This document shows, in pieces, positions 19,506-30,764 of a DNA stretch of 64,000 nt. The stretch comes from Chloroflexota bacterium (lineage in GTDB: Bacteria; Chloroflexota; Anaerolineae; UBA2200): the NCBI GenBank assembly GCA_030607875.1, contig JAUWJD010000012.1, positions 11,130 through 75,129 on the forward strand. The letters run 5' to 3'. The notes beneath the pieces were generated by a model. It saw only the letters and a list, made by a program, of their open reading frames with translations. It did no database searches and was not told where the DNA came from. The position numbers were made by a program, and so were the translations under genes. Position 1 is the stretch's first letter. The number at the start of each line of letters is the position of its first letter.

Positions 19506-21050
19506 ATGAGCAAGTTCTACGTCACAACTCCGATTTACTACGTCAATGACGTGCCGCACATTGGGCACGCCTACACCACCGTTGCGGCGGACTTATTGGC
19601 CCGCTACCACCGGCTGATGGGTGATGATGTCTTCTTTCTGACGGGTACCGACGAGCACGGGCAGAATATCGAACGCATTGCGGCCGACAAAGGGGTTTCC
19701 CCTCAAGAATATGTCGATGGGATTGTGGCCCAATTCAAAAAGCTCTGGCAGGTGCTGAACATCTCCAACGACTACTTCGTTCGCACGACCGATGAACGGC
19801 ACATCATTGCGGTGCAAAAGTTCGCTCGCGCTCTGCTGGCTTCTGGAGATGTGTACCGTGGGAAATACAGCGGTTGGTACTGCCCACGCTGTGAAGCATT
19901 CTACCAGCCTGAAGAGCTCTTTCTGGAACATCTGTGACCTGTTCACCAGCGCCCTGCCGAGTGGACGGAAGAGGACAACTACTTCTTTGCACTGTCGCAC
20001 TACCAGGACCGTCTGTACCATCTGATTGCCGAGACGGACTTTGCGCAGCCGGAGGCTCGCCGAAACGAGCTTCTCGGTGTGCTGCGGCAGGGGTTGCGAG
20101 ATTTCTCTATCTCACGCGAGCGGGTACGTTGGGGCGTGCCGTTGCCGGATGATCCAGAGCAAGTTCTGTACGTCTGGGTGGACGCGCTGCTCAATTACAT
20201 CACGGCCATCGGCTACGGTGACGACCCAGAGACCTTCCAGCGCTACTGGCCAGCCGATGTGCATCTCATGGCCAAGGAGATCATCCGCTTCCACTGCCTA
20301 TACTGGCCGGCGATGCTGATGGCCGCCGGGCTGCCCATACCTCGCCTGGTGTTCGCGCATGGCTGGCTGACCAAGGATGGCCAGAAGCTGAGCAAAACCA
20401 CCGGCAACATCATTGACCCGTTCGATCTGCTGCAGCGCTTTGGGACGGATGCCGTGCGCTATCTCTTCCTGCGCGAGGGTGCCTTTGGTGCGGACTGGGA
20501 CTATACCGATGTTTCTTTCATCCGCCGCCACAACGCGGATCTGGCCAACGATTTCGGCAACCTGTTGAACCGCACCGTGCGCATGGTAGTGCGCTACTTC
20601 GATGGAGTGGTGCCAGAGCCCACAGGTGATCCTGAGGCCGTGGACCGAAAGTTCCTGGCCTTGGCCGCCAGTCTGGGTGAGCGAGTCAAAGATGCAGTGC
20701 AGCGTGTTGCTCTACAGGAGGTGTTGATCCGCATCTGGGATGTGGTGGAAGGGGCCAACAAGTACGTGCAAGAGACCTCACCTTGGGAGCTGGCCAAGGC
20801 GCGCAAGGGGGGTTCGGAACAGGCAGGGGAACAGCTGGCCACTGTGCTCTACAACCTGGTAGATGTGCTGCGGCTCCTGGGCTATGCTGTGACACCAGTA
20901 ATACCGCGCAAGGCTGAGGAGCTGCTGAGGCAGTTGGGACTGGCCTTTGATCCTGCTGTAGGTTGGCAGGCACTGACCGCCGTGGGGACGTACCCGGCAG
21001 GTACTCGCCTTTCCCCGGGGGAAGTGTTGTTCCCAAGGTACGAGGCATAG
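19506..21050 (+). CDS. metG: Methionine--tRNA ligase with in-frame TGA at codon 144 (candidate selenocysteine)
   Basis: AGGAGG RBS; FYVTTPIYYVN, HIGH, GTDEHG, CPRC, ENYFF-like, SISR..WGVP, YVWVDAL, KLSKT. ORFs 19461-19937 and 20079-21050 are one frame separated only by TGA 19935-19937. Confidence 0.9.
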
Positions 21051-21057
21051 TACACGC

Positions 21058-21090
21058 TAGAAAGCTGGTTCCTCGAAGAACCGGGTTCTA
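21058..21090. repeat. Short palindrome between convergent metG and PfkB-family genes
   Basis: TAGAAAGCTGGTTC-N6-GAACCGGGTTCTA. Confidence 0.5.
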
Positions 21091-22071
21091 GCCTAGGGAT
21101 GGCTTTCGCGCTGACAAAGTTCCGGACGCCCAACCTTTGCTCCACCTGCCCCTGCTGCGCAAGAACGACAGCACCTGGTCCAGCGTAGGCAAGGCAGCTC
21201 GTCCACCCAATGCTGTGCAGTTGAGGGCGGCCAGCGCATTAGCAAAGTCAGCCGTGCGCTCGATGGGCCAATCCTGCATCAGACCGTAGATGAACGCGCC
21301 GTGGAAGGCATCACCGGCTCCGGTGGTGTCCACCACTGGCACGGAGAACCCGGGCACATTCCACATTCGCTCCCGCGTGAAACATGCGCAGCCGCTTTCG
21401 CCTTGCGTGGTCACCACGATCTGCGCCCCAAGCTCCATCAGCGTATCGGCTGCGTCAGCGAGGTTTTGCCTGCTCGTGAAGGCCGCGGGAAAGTGGGCAT
21501 TGGTGATCAGCACGTCTACCCAGGGCAGGAGTTCGTCCAGGCGAGGGCGTGGTTTGTTGGCGTCCAGCACGACGGTGCCGCCAGCCTCTCGCATCCACTG
21601 TGCTGCGGTGATCGCTGCGCTGATGTGGTGCCCGTCCAGGTGCAGGAACCGCGCCGAGGTGATGTAGGCATGGTCCGCTGGCTGCAGATGTACTTCGCGA
21701 CGCGTGCCTCGGTAGCAGAGGATGGTACGCCGTCCAGTCTGGGCCTGAACGAGCACCAAACACACCGGAGTGCGAGCCCCTGATTGTACCCGCATGCGCT
21801 GCACGTCCACGCCTGCCTGCTCAAAGGCGCCCTTGATTCGACAGCCGGGCTCATCGTTGCCTACCACACCAATGTATCCGGCTCGGGCTCCCAGTCTGGC
21901 CAGAGCAACCAACGCTGTGGCGACAGGCCCTCCGCCAGAAGAGACAAGATCGCCCAGGCTTACTGTGGGTGCATCGAAATCCGGGATATGATCGACGATG
22001 CCCAGGTAGTCCCACGCGCAATAGCCCAGGCCAACCACGTCAAGAGGGGGCTGAGTCGTCACCTCCAGCAC
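21088..22071 (-). CDS. PfkB-family carbohydrate kinase
   Basis: GGGPVATALVALARLG; VVDTTGAGDAFHGAF. Confidence 0.9.
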   Translation of the reverse strand: MLEVTTQPPLDVVGLGYCAWDYLGIVDHIPDFDAPTVSLGDLVSSGGGPVATALVALARLGARAGYIGVVGNDEPGCRIKGAFEQAGVDVQRMRVQSGARTPVCLVLVQAQTGRRTILCYRGTRREVHLQPADHAYITSARFLHLDGHHISAAITAAQWMREAGGTVVLDANKPRPRLDELLPWVDVLITNAHFPAAFTSRQNLADAADTLMELGAQIVVTTQGESGCACFTRERMWNVPGFSVPVVDTTGAGDAFHGAFIYGLMQDWPIERTADFANALAALNCTALGGRAALPTLDQVLSFLRSRGRWSKGWASGTLSARKPSLG

Positions 22072-22085
22072 CGTCCACCCTGCCG

Positions 22086-24143
<2,058 letters not shown>

Positions 24144-24186
24144 TCAACCTCCTGCAGATCACGGACGAGCGTGTGACAGTGTAAGC

Positions 24187-24216
24187 AAACCCGCCAGCTA
24201 CCAGGCTGACGGGTTT
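24187..24216 (-). terminator. Intrinsic terminator-like hairpin downstream of the YncE-like gene
   Basis: AAACCCGCCAGC-N6-GCTGACGGGTTT. Confidence 0.5.
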
Positions 24217-24276
24217 GGATCTACAGACATCGAAAAGCGGGGTTCCGGCGCAATCCGGCTAGTCGTGGCCGGAGAT

Positions 24277-25968
24277 CTACGGCTTGCTGACAATGGGCAA
24301 AAAGAGTTTGAGCGGTTGGTAGACGCCAGAGTCACGTATTACAGTCACTGTGTCATCACTCGGGTTGGAGACCAGCACGTGGTGGGTCAAGGGATTGACG
24401 CTGATGCCGCGGTACAAGCCAGCGCCAACCGTCAGAGTCTGACTCCACCGTTCCACGTCTGCGTCGTAGACAAACACCATGTTGCCAGAAGTACTGCTGA
24501 CGAATACGCTGTTGCTGGCTGGGTTCACGGCCACAGCGTCTAGCCCGCTGGCCACAGGCGGGGGCACGGCGTCTATCACCTTGTCACTTTGGCCATCAAT
24601 GATCACCAGTTGGCCACTGGCCAGCGCCACGTATACGCGGTTGGTGATCGGGTTCACGGCCACACCACCAGGCTCTGCTACCGGATCAACTGCGGATAGC
24701 TCAATGATCTTGAATGCCGTTTGCGTGTTGGCGTCAATCACTGTGACTGCGCCTATGCTGGCCGGCAAGCTGCCACGGTTTGTCACGTACACCTTATTGG
24801 TTTGTGGATTGATAGCGATTTGCGCGGGTCTCGGGCCGGTGGGAACGGACAGGTCAACGACAAGGGAATTCCCATCAATAACTGCTACCGAGTTGGCCGC
24901 CGAGTTCGCCACGTAAATCGTGTTGCTTGTGGTCAGCACGGCGATGCCATCAGGTGCAGAGCCTTCGCCCAGGTCGATAGAGGCGATCTGTTGGTTCCTA
25001 CAGACGTTGAATACAGTAACGCTGTCTGTGGCAGTGTTCGCAACGTACATGCGACACTCTTCTGCATCTATGGCCACGTTGCTGGGATGCTCGCCGCCAC
25101 TTGGGAGCCTGGTCTCCTGCCACTCAAAGAAGCCCTCAAGGCTGGATATAGTATTCTCGCCCCTGTTGGCTACAAAGAAGCGGTCCGAACGTGGCAGGAC
25201 ACCGATGCCCTGTGGCTGCTGACCAACTGGTATCGTGCGCAGCACGGCTATCGCTGGTATTGGGGTGGGCATAGGTGTGTCGCTTGGCATAGGGGTTATG
25301 GTAGGGGTGCTTGTTGGCGGAGGTGCTCCTTCCTCTTCGAGCCAGATGCCATCTATGTAGAACTGATCCTGCCCTCCTGACTCTTCATCCTGCGCCTCGA
25401 TAAAGACGGTAAGTCGGCCTCCGGTGGCCATCACTGCCGCGTTGATTTGGACCCACAGCTTGTCCTGACCGTGCCATGGTGTCCAGACAATATCGGGAGA
25501 TTCGGGGTTGGTCCCTCCCTCGGGGTGAATCCCCACGCGCTTGAGTATCTTGTCATTCTGCAGTGCACTGCCCGCTCCGCCGTAGACGCTATACACCCAC
25601 ACGTGCACGGTATACCGTTTGCCTGCCTGAATGCGTGCTCCACTTCCTCCCGAGGTCAGCACAGTGGTCTGCATAATGCCTGCGTACCAGTCCATCTTAT
25701 CTGACCATAGCTGCTGGCTGGCCTCCCCATCATGCCTGTAGAGCGTTGAGCGCAAGAACTGTGGTGACGATGCGCCGAGGTTGTAGTCATACGGCACCCA
25801 ATACTCGGCGACGTATCCCGATCCGTATGGATTAAAGTTCCCTTCAAAATCCCCGTTGAGCAACAACGCGGACAGCAGTCTACCCTGTTGGGCCATGCCT
25901 GGGAGGATCACCGTCAGGGCCAGACACATAGCTAGCAACAGAACTATAAACAGGCGGATTCTCTGCAT
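24277..25968 (-). CDS. Secreted YncE/YVTN beta-propeller protein with N-terminal carbohydrate-binding-like domain
   Basis: Signal peptide; LLNGDFEG; Pro/Thr linker; repeated YVAN/YVTN..SVTVID; C-terminal KLFLPIV. Confidence 0.8.
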   Translation of the reverse strand: MQRIRLFIVLLLAMCLALTVILPGMAQQGRLLSALLLNGDFEGNFNPYGSGYVAEYWVPYDYNLGASSPQFLRSTLYRHDGEASQQLWSDKMDWYAGIMQTTVLTSGGSGARIQAGKRYTVHVWVYSVYGGAGSALQNDKILKRVGIHPEGGTNPESPDIVWTPWHGQDKLWVQINAAVMATGGRLTVFIEAQDEESGGQDQFYIDGIWLEEEGAPPPTSTPTITPMPSDTPMPTPIPAIAVLRTIPVGQQPQGIGVLPRSDRFFVANRGENTISSLEGFFEWQETRLPSGGEHPSNVAIDAEECRMYVANTATDSVTVFNVCRNQQIASIDLGEGSAPDGIAVLTTSNTIYVANSAANSVAVIDGNSLVVDLSVPTGPRPAQIAINPQTNKVYVTNRGSLPASIGAVTVIDANTQTAFKIIELSAVDPVAEPGGVAVNPITNRVYVALASGQLVIIDGQSDKVIDAVPPPVASGLDAVAVNPASNSVFVSSTSGNMVFVYDADVERWSQTLTVGAGLYRGISVNPLTHHVLVSNPSDDTVTVIRDSGVYQPLKLFLPIVSKP

Positions 25969-26133
25969 GATGTTACCTCCATTGGGTCCCTTTTCAGCAG
26001 ATCCATTATAGCATGAATGTGTGGATTGGGCAATCGCGTTTCTCTACCGTGGACTACTTGCCTATTTTGTGGTTTTCTGTTACAATGCTGCGCGGCTGTT
26101 GAGGCGCACCCAGCACTCAGTATGGGAGGACAC

Positions 26134-26646
26134 ATGGACTTGGCAGAGAAGATCCGCAATATACCAGATTTTCCAGTGAAAGGGATTTTGTTCAGGGACA
26201 TCACCACCTTACTTATGGACCCTGACGCCTTTCAGGAGGCCATCGACGCACTGCTGGATCGCTACATAGACGAAGACATTGACCTCGTAGCGGCCATCGA
26301 GTCTCGGGGGTTTATCTTTGGGGCTCCGTTAGCATACGAACTGGCCGCCGGCTTCGTGCCCATTCGCAAGCTAGGCAAGCTGCCTGCTGACAAGATCAGT
26401 GCCAGCTACACGTTGGAATATGGCACCAACACGCTGGAGATGCACACCGATGCCATTGAGCCTGGCCAGCGGGTATTGCTCGTGGATGACCTCATAGCCA
26501 CGGGTGGTTCAGCCAAGGCGGCTACTGAACTCATTGAGGAGCTCGGTGGCAAGGTTGTGGGGATCGTCTTTCTCATAGAACTCGAGGACTTACGGGGCGT
26601 TGACAAGCTCGAGGGTTATGACGTGTTCTCGCTCATCAAGTCCTAA
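26134..26646 (+). CDS. apt: Adenine phosphoribosyltransferase
   Basis: IPDFPVKGILFRDITTLL, ESRGF, YTLEYG, VLLVDDLIATGGS. Confidence 0.96.
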   Translation: MDLAEKIRNIPDFPVKGILFRDITTLLMDPDAFQEAIDALLDRYIDEDIDLVAAIESRGFIFGAPLAYELAAGFVPIRKLGKLPADKISASYTLEYGTNTLEMHTDAIEPGQRVLLVDDLIATGGSAKAATELIEELGGKVVGIVFLIELEDLRGVDKLEGYDVFSLIKS

Positions 26647-26671
26647 CCGTTCTGGGTAGTGGAGAACGATA

Positions 26672-26844
26672 GTGGGCAAGACAAAGAAGATGAAGAAGGG
26701 GCTGCTGATAGAGCGCGAGCAGACCCTGGCAGGTTGGAAGTCATGCCTTACGTGACAACCTGCATCAGGTGCCAGGAGAAGTCGAAGCGCTTTCCACGCC
26801 GCCGGCCACTCGCTACATCTCTGCGGAAAGAAGAATATGACTAG
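26672..26844 (+). pseudogene. Internally deleted TraR/DksA-family C4 zinc-finger gene remnant
   Basis: N-terminal helix KKMKKGLLIEREQTLA in one frame, joined to DPGRLEVMPYVTTCIRCQEK in another; first CxxC and coiled coil are absent. Confidence 0.6.
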
Positions 26845-26933
26845 GATAAGGAGTGACGAGTCATGAGCCATGAGCAGTGAGTGACCAGCCGCTGCTCAGG
26901 ACTCTAGCAGTTACTGCATCAAGGAGGTTCAAA

Positions 26934-27512
26934 TTGGGAAAGCTAACAGAAATCCGTTGGCATGGACGCGCTGGACAGGGTGTCGTCACCGCTGGCGAGT
27001 TGCTGGCTGGGGCGGCTCTGGAGGAGGACAAGTACTTTCAGTCCTTCCCGGACTATGGCCCTGAGCGCATGGGCGCTCCGATCAAGGCCTACACGCGCAT
27101 CAGTGATGAGCCGATCGACGTGCACTACCAGATTCTAAGCCCTGAGGTGGTCGTTGTCGTCAATCCCAACTTGCTTGGGATCGTGGATGTCACCGAAGGG
27201 CTGGCGGGGAATGGTATCGTGATCGTCAATACCCCAGAGCCACCCAAGAAGATCCGCCAGGTCTTGGGGCTGAAGGGCTCTAAGGTGAGAGTGTTTACCG
27301 TGGATGCCACAGCAATTGCTCTGGAGATGCTCAAGCGTAACATTCCTGCTACACTCATGATTGGCGCTATCATCCGTGCCACAAAGTTGGTCGAGCTGGA
27401 CAATGTAGTGCACGTGATACGGGAGAAACTGGGTGCCAAGCTGAGAGGCGAAATCGTGGAAGCCAATGTCAAAGCCCTGCACAGGGCATACGAAAAAGTG
27501 CAGGAAGGATGA
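26934..27512 (+). CDS. porG: Pyruvate/2-oxoacid:ferredoxin oxidoreductase gamma subunit
   Basis: EIRWHGRAGQG, FPDYGPERMGAP; AGGAGG RBS and TTG start. Confidence 0.9.
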   Translation: MGKLTEIRWHGRAGQGVVTAGELLAGAALEEDKYFQSFPDYGPERMGAPIKAYTRISDEPIDVHYQILSPEVVVVVNPNLLGIVDVTEGLAGNGIVIVNTPEPPKKIRQVLGLKGSKVRVFTVDATAIALEMLKRNIPATLMIGAIIRATKLVELDNVVHVIREKLGAKLRGEIVEANVKALHRAYEKVQEG

Positions 27513-27518
27513 GGTAAC

Positions 27519-27842
27519 ATGCCAAAGCAAAAGGCTACGTGGAAAGAAACCAACATCGCTGGCCTGGTTTTCGAACCAGGTTCCTCAGCAGAGTACCATA
27601 CTGGCACCTGGCGTACATTGCGTCCAGTGCATGACATGGAGCATTGCACACATTGCATGTTGTGCTGGGTCTACTGCCCGGATTCATCCATTATCGTCGA
27701 GGATGGACGTTGGATGGCTTTTGACTATGATCACTGCAAAGGGTGTGGCATCTGCGCCAGCGTGTGCCCCGCCAAGGTCAAAGTGCATGAGCACACTGGC
27801 AAGGAAGGCAAAGTCATTCAGATGGTCCTGGAGCAAGATTAG
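27519..27842 (+). CDS. porD: Pyruvate/2-oxoacid:ferredoxin oxidoreductase delta subunit (2x[4Fe-4S])
   Basis: TGTWRTLRP, CTHCMLCWVYCPD, CKGCGICASVCP. Confidence 0.92.
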   Translation: MPKQKATWKETNIAGLVFEPGSSAEYHTGTWRTLRPVHDMEHCTHCMLCWVYCPDSSIIVEDGRWMAFDYDHCKGCGICASVCPAKVKVHEHTGKEGKVIQMVLEQD

Positions 27843-27896
27843 GTTGCTGAACGGGCCATCTGATTCTGTTTAGAGCTCTTCGAGGAGGACACAACA

Positions 27897-29090
27897 ATGG
27901 TCGTATCTACAAAAATGGCTCTGGATGGAGCCCATGCTGCTGCTCGGGCGATGCAGCAGATCAACCCCGATGTCCTGGCTGCCTATCCCATCACACCACA
28001 AACGGCTATCGTGCAGACTTTTTCGCAGTACGTAGCCGACGGTGAGGTGGACACCGAGTTCATAGCTGTCGAGAGCGAGCACGCAGCGATGAGTGCTTGC
28101 GTAGGCGCTGCGGCGGCAGGTGGGCGAGTGATGACGGCCACCGCGGCTAATGGCTTGGCTCTGATGTGGGAGATTGTGTATATTGCAGCTTCCATGCGCC
28201 TGCCTATCGTCATGGCGGTGGTGAACCGCGCGCTCTCTGCCCCGCTCAACATTCACTGCGATCACTCGGACTCGATGGGGGCTCGCGAGGCAGGGTGGAT
28301 TCAATTGTACTCAGAGACCGCTCAGGAAGCATATGACAACCTCATCCAGGCGGTGCGCATTGCTGAGCACCCCGATTTGCTGCTGCCGGTGATGGTCATG
28401 CAGGATGGCTTTATCACTGGGCATGGCCTGGAGCGCATGGAGGTCCTGGAGGACTCTGCGGTGAGGGACTTTATCGGCACGTACAAAGCAAAGTACTCTC
28501 TGCTGGACATCGATCACCCCATCACCTTCGGCGCGTGGGACATGTACGACTACTATTTCGAGCACAAGCGGCAGCAGACGGACGCCATGAGCAAAGCGAT
28601 GAAGGTCATCGTGGATGTAGGCGAGGAATTCGGAAAGATCTCTGGCCGCAGCTACGGTATCTTTGATGCGTACGCTATGGACGATGCCGAGTTGGCGATC
28701 ATCGTACTCTCTTCGACAGCGGGCACGGCGCGCACCTCGGTGAAAGAGCTTCGCGCCGAAGGGGTCAAGATTGGCCTGTTAAAGCCACGAGTTTTCCGTC
28801 CCTTCCCGGCTCAGGAGTTCGTCGATGCTCTGAAGGGTGTTAAGGCTGTAGCGGTATTGGATCGCTCGATCAGCTTCGGTGCCATGGATGGCGCCGGCCC
28901 ACTGTTCCTGGAGGTCTGCGCAGCTTTGTTTGCGGCGGGCCTGAAAACGAAGGTGGTCAACTACATCTATGGCTTGGGGGGACGAGACATCTTCCCCCAG
29001 CATTTTGCGCAAGTGGCAAGCGATCTGCAGGATATCACAGCGACCGGCAAAGTCAAGTCACTGGTCAGCTATCTTGGATTGAGGGAGTAG
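27897..29090 (+). CDS. porA: Pyruvate:ferredoxin oxidoreductase alpha subunit
   Basis: AYPITPQT, VESEHAAMSAC, NRALSAPLNIHCDHSD, FRPFP, YGLGGRD. Confidence 0.93.
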   Translation: MVVSTKMALDGAHAAARAMQQINPDVLAAYPITPQTAIVQTFSQYVADGEVDTEFIAVESEHAAMSACVGAAAAGGRVMTATAANGLALMWEIVYIAASMRLPIVMAVVNRALSAPLNIHCDHSDSMGAREAGWIQLYSETAQEAYDNLIQAVRIAEHPDLLLPVMVMQDGFITGHGLERMEVLEDSAVRDFIGTYKAKYSLLDIDHPITFGAWDMYDYYFEHKRQQTDAMSKAMKVIVDVGEEFGKISGRSYGIFDAYAMDDAELAIIVLSSTAGTARTSVKELRAEGVKIGLLKPRVFRPFPAQEFVDALKGVKAVAVLDRSISFGAMDGAGPLFLEVCAALFAAGLKTKVVNYIYGLGGRDIFPQHFAQVASDLQDITATGKVKSLVSYLGLRE

Positions 29091-29094
29091 GCAC

Positions 29095-30021
29095 ATGGCT
29101 ATCAAGTTAAAAGAACTGGCAGGCAAGCCCGAACGGCTCGCCCCTGGACATCGCTTTTGCTCCGGGTGCGCTGAGCCGATAATCATTCGACAGATTCTGA
29201 ACGCCATTGAGGAGCCAGTGGTCGTGGGCATGGCAACAGGTTGTGCAGAAGTGGCGACAACCATGTTTCCGACTACTGCCTACAATGTGCCTTGGATACA
29301 CAACGCCTTTGAGAACGCTGCCACCACGATTTCGGGTGCCGAGGCGATGTATCGCTCCTTGGTGCGTCAGGGCAAGATTCCCGAGCGCGATATCCGCTTC
29401 ATTGCCTTCGGTGGGGACGGTGCGACCTATGACATTGGTCTGCAATTCTTGTCTGGCGCGTTGGAGCGTGGGCACAGGTTCATCTACGTCTGTCTCAACA
29501 ACGAGGCGTACATGAACACCGGAATTCAACGCAGTTCGGCTACACCGAGGGGCGCGGCCACGACTACGGCGCCGGCGGGCAGCGTTATCCCCGGCAAGGT
29601 GCAGTGGCGCAAGCCCCTGACGGACATCATCGCTGCGCATCGTATCCCCTATGTGGCTCAGGCGGCGCCGAGCAGATGGCGCGACCTGATGCAGAAAGCC
29701 AGGAAGGCGGCTGCTGCAGATGGCCCGTCGTTTATCAATGTGTACGCGTCCTGCAACCGTGGTTGGCGTCACCCGACCGATGCCACGATCGACATTACCA
29801 AGCTGGCTGTGGATACGTGCTACTGGCCGCTATTCGAAGTCGAGAACGGCGTTTGGAAGCTGAGCTACAAACCGCGTGAGAAAAAGCCCATTGAGGAATG
29901 GCTGAAGACGCAGGGCCGGTTCCGTCATCTCTTCCAACCACAGTTCCGGCACATAATCGGTGAGATACAGGCCCACATTGATGAGGAGTGGGAGAATCTC
30001 CTGAAGAAGTGTGAGGCCTAG
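29095..30021 (+). CDS. porB: Pyruvate:ferredoxin oxidoreductase beta subunit (TPP-binding)
   Basis: GHRFCSGC, ATGC, GGDGATYDIG, NNEAYMNTGIQRS. Confidence 0.93.
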   Translation: MAIKLKELAGKPERLAPGHRFCSGCAEPIIIRQILNAIEEPVVVGMATGCAEVATTMFPTTAYNVPWIHNAFENAATTISGAEAMYRSLVRQGKIPERDIRFIAFGGDGATYDIGLQFLSGALERGHRFIYVCLNNEAYMNTGIQRSSATPRGAATTTAPAGSVIPGKVQWRKPLTDIIAAHRIPYVAQAAPSRWRDLMQKARKAAAADGPSFINVYASCNRGWRHPTDATIDITKLAVDTCYWPLFEVENGVWKLSYKPREKKPIEEWLKTQGRFRHLFQPQFRHIIGEIQAHIDEEWENLLKKCEA

Positions 30022-30027
30022 GATGAG

Positions 30028-30060
30028 CCAGGGAACCCATCGGAATGGGTTCCCTGGTTT
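30028..30060 (+). terminator. Intrinsic terminator after the por operon
   Basis: 13-bp stem CCAGGGAACCCAT-CGGA-ATGGGTTCCCTGG followed by TTT. Confidence 0.7.
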
Positions 30061-30089
30061 CATAATGCACGCTGTTGAGGGAAGTGACC

Positions 30090-30743
30090 ATGGCGCGAGT
30101 ATTCGTTTCTAATCACCCCTTAATTCGGCACAAAGTTGCCCTGCTGCGCAGCGTGGAGACTGAGCCGAAAAAGTTTCGCGAGTTGATCCGTGAGGTTGCG
30201 ATCCTGTTGGCTTACGAGGCCACGGCAGACCTTGGTGTGCAGGAGGTTCCTCTACAGACCCCCCTGACTGCTGCCACCGGCCACGAACTGACGGACAAGA
30301 TCGGGCTGGTACCCATCCTGCGCGCTGGTCTGGGTATGGTAGAGGGTATCTGGGAGATGATGCCCGCCGCCGAGGTCTGGCATATTGGCCTATATCGCGA
30401 CCATCAGACACTGCAACCTGTTCAGTACTACAGTAAACTACCGGTTCACCCCTCAGTTCAGGTTTGCCTTATCCTCGATCCGATGCTGGCCACCGGAGGT
30501 TCGGCGGTAGCCACCGTGGACATCTTGAAACGCTGGGGGGCCATCCGCATCAAGTTCGTGGGCATCATCGGTGCCCCAGAAGGGGTGGAACGGCTGCATA
30601 AGGCTCACCCGGACGTGGATATCCACCTTGCAGCGCTGGACGATCACTTGACGCCGGAACCCAGCGGGCCGGATGACCCACCTGTGGGCTATATCGTGCC
30701 TGGGCTGGGCGATGCCGGCGACCGGCAGTTTGGCACGGGCTAG
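30090..30743 (+). CDS. upp: Uracil phosphoribosyltransferase
   Basis: [39 protein letters not shown]. Confidence 0.96.
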   Translation: MARVFVSNHPLIRHKVALLRSVETEPKKFRELIREVAILLAYEATADLGVQEVPLQTPLTAATGHELTDKIGLVPILRAGLGMVEGIWEMMPAAEVWHIGLYRDHQTLQPVQYYSKLPVHPSVQVCLILDPMLATGGSAVATVDILKRWGAIRIKFVGIIGAPEGVERLHKAHPDVDIHLAALDDHLTPEPSGPDDPPVGYIVPGLGDAGDRQFGTG

Positions 30744-30764
30744 GAGTCGGTTGGCGGCTATCAG

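Noticed and set aside
19461-21050. metG as a frameshifted or split two-gene locus
   Set aside because: Both pieces are in the same frame and the intervening codons encode conserved MetRS sequence; the only break is one TGA.
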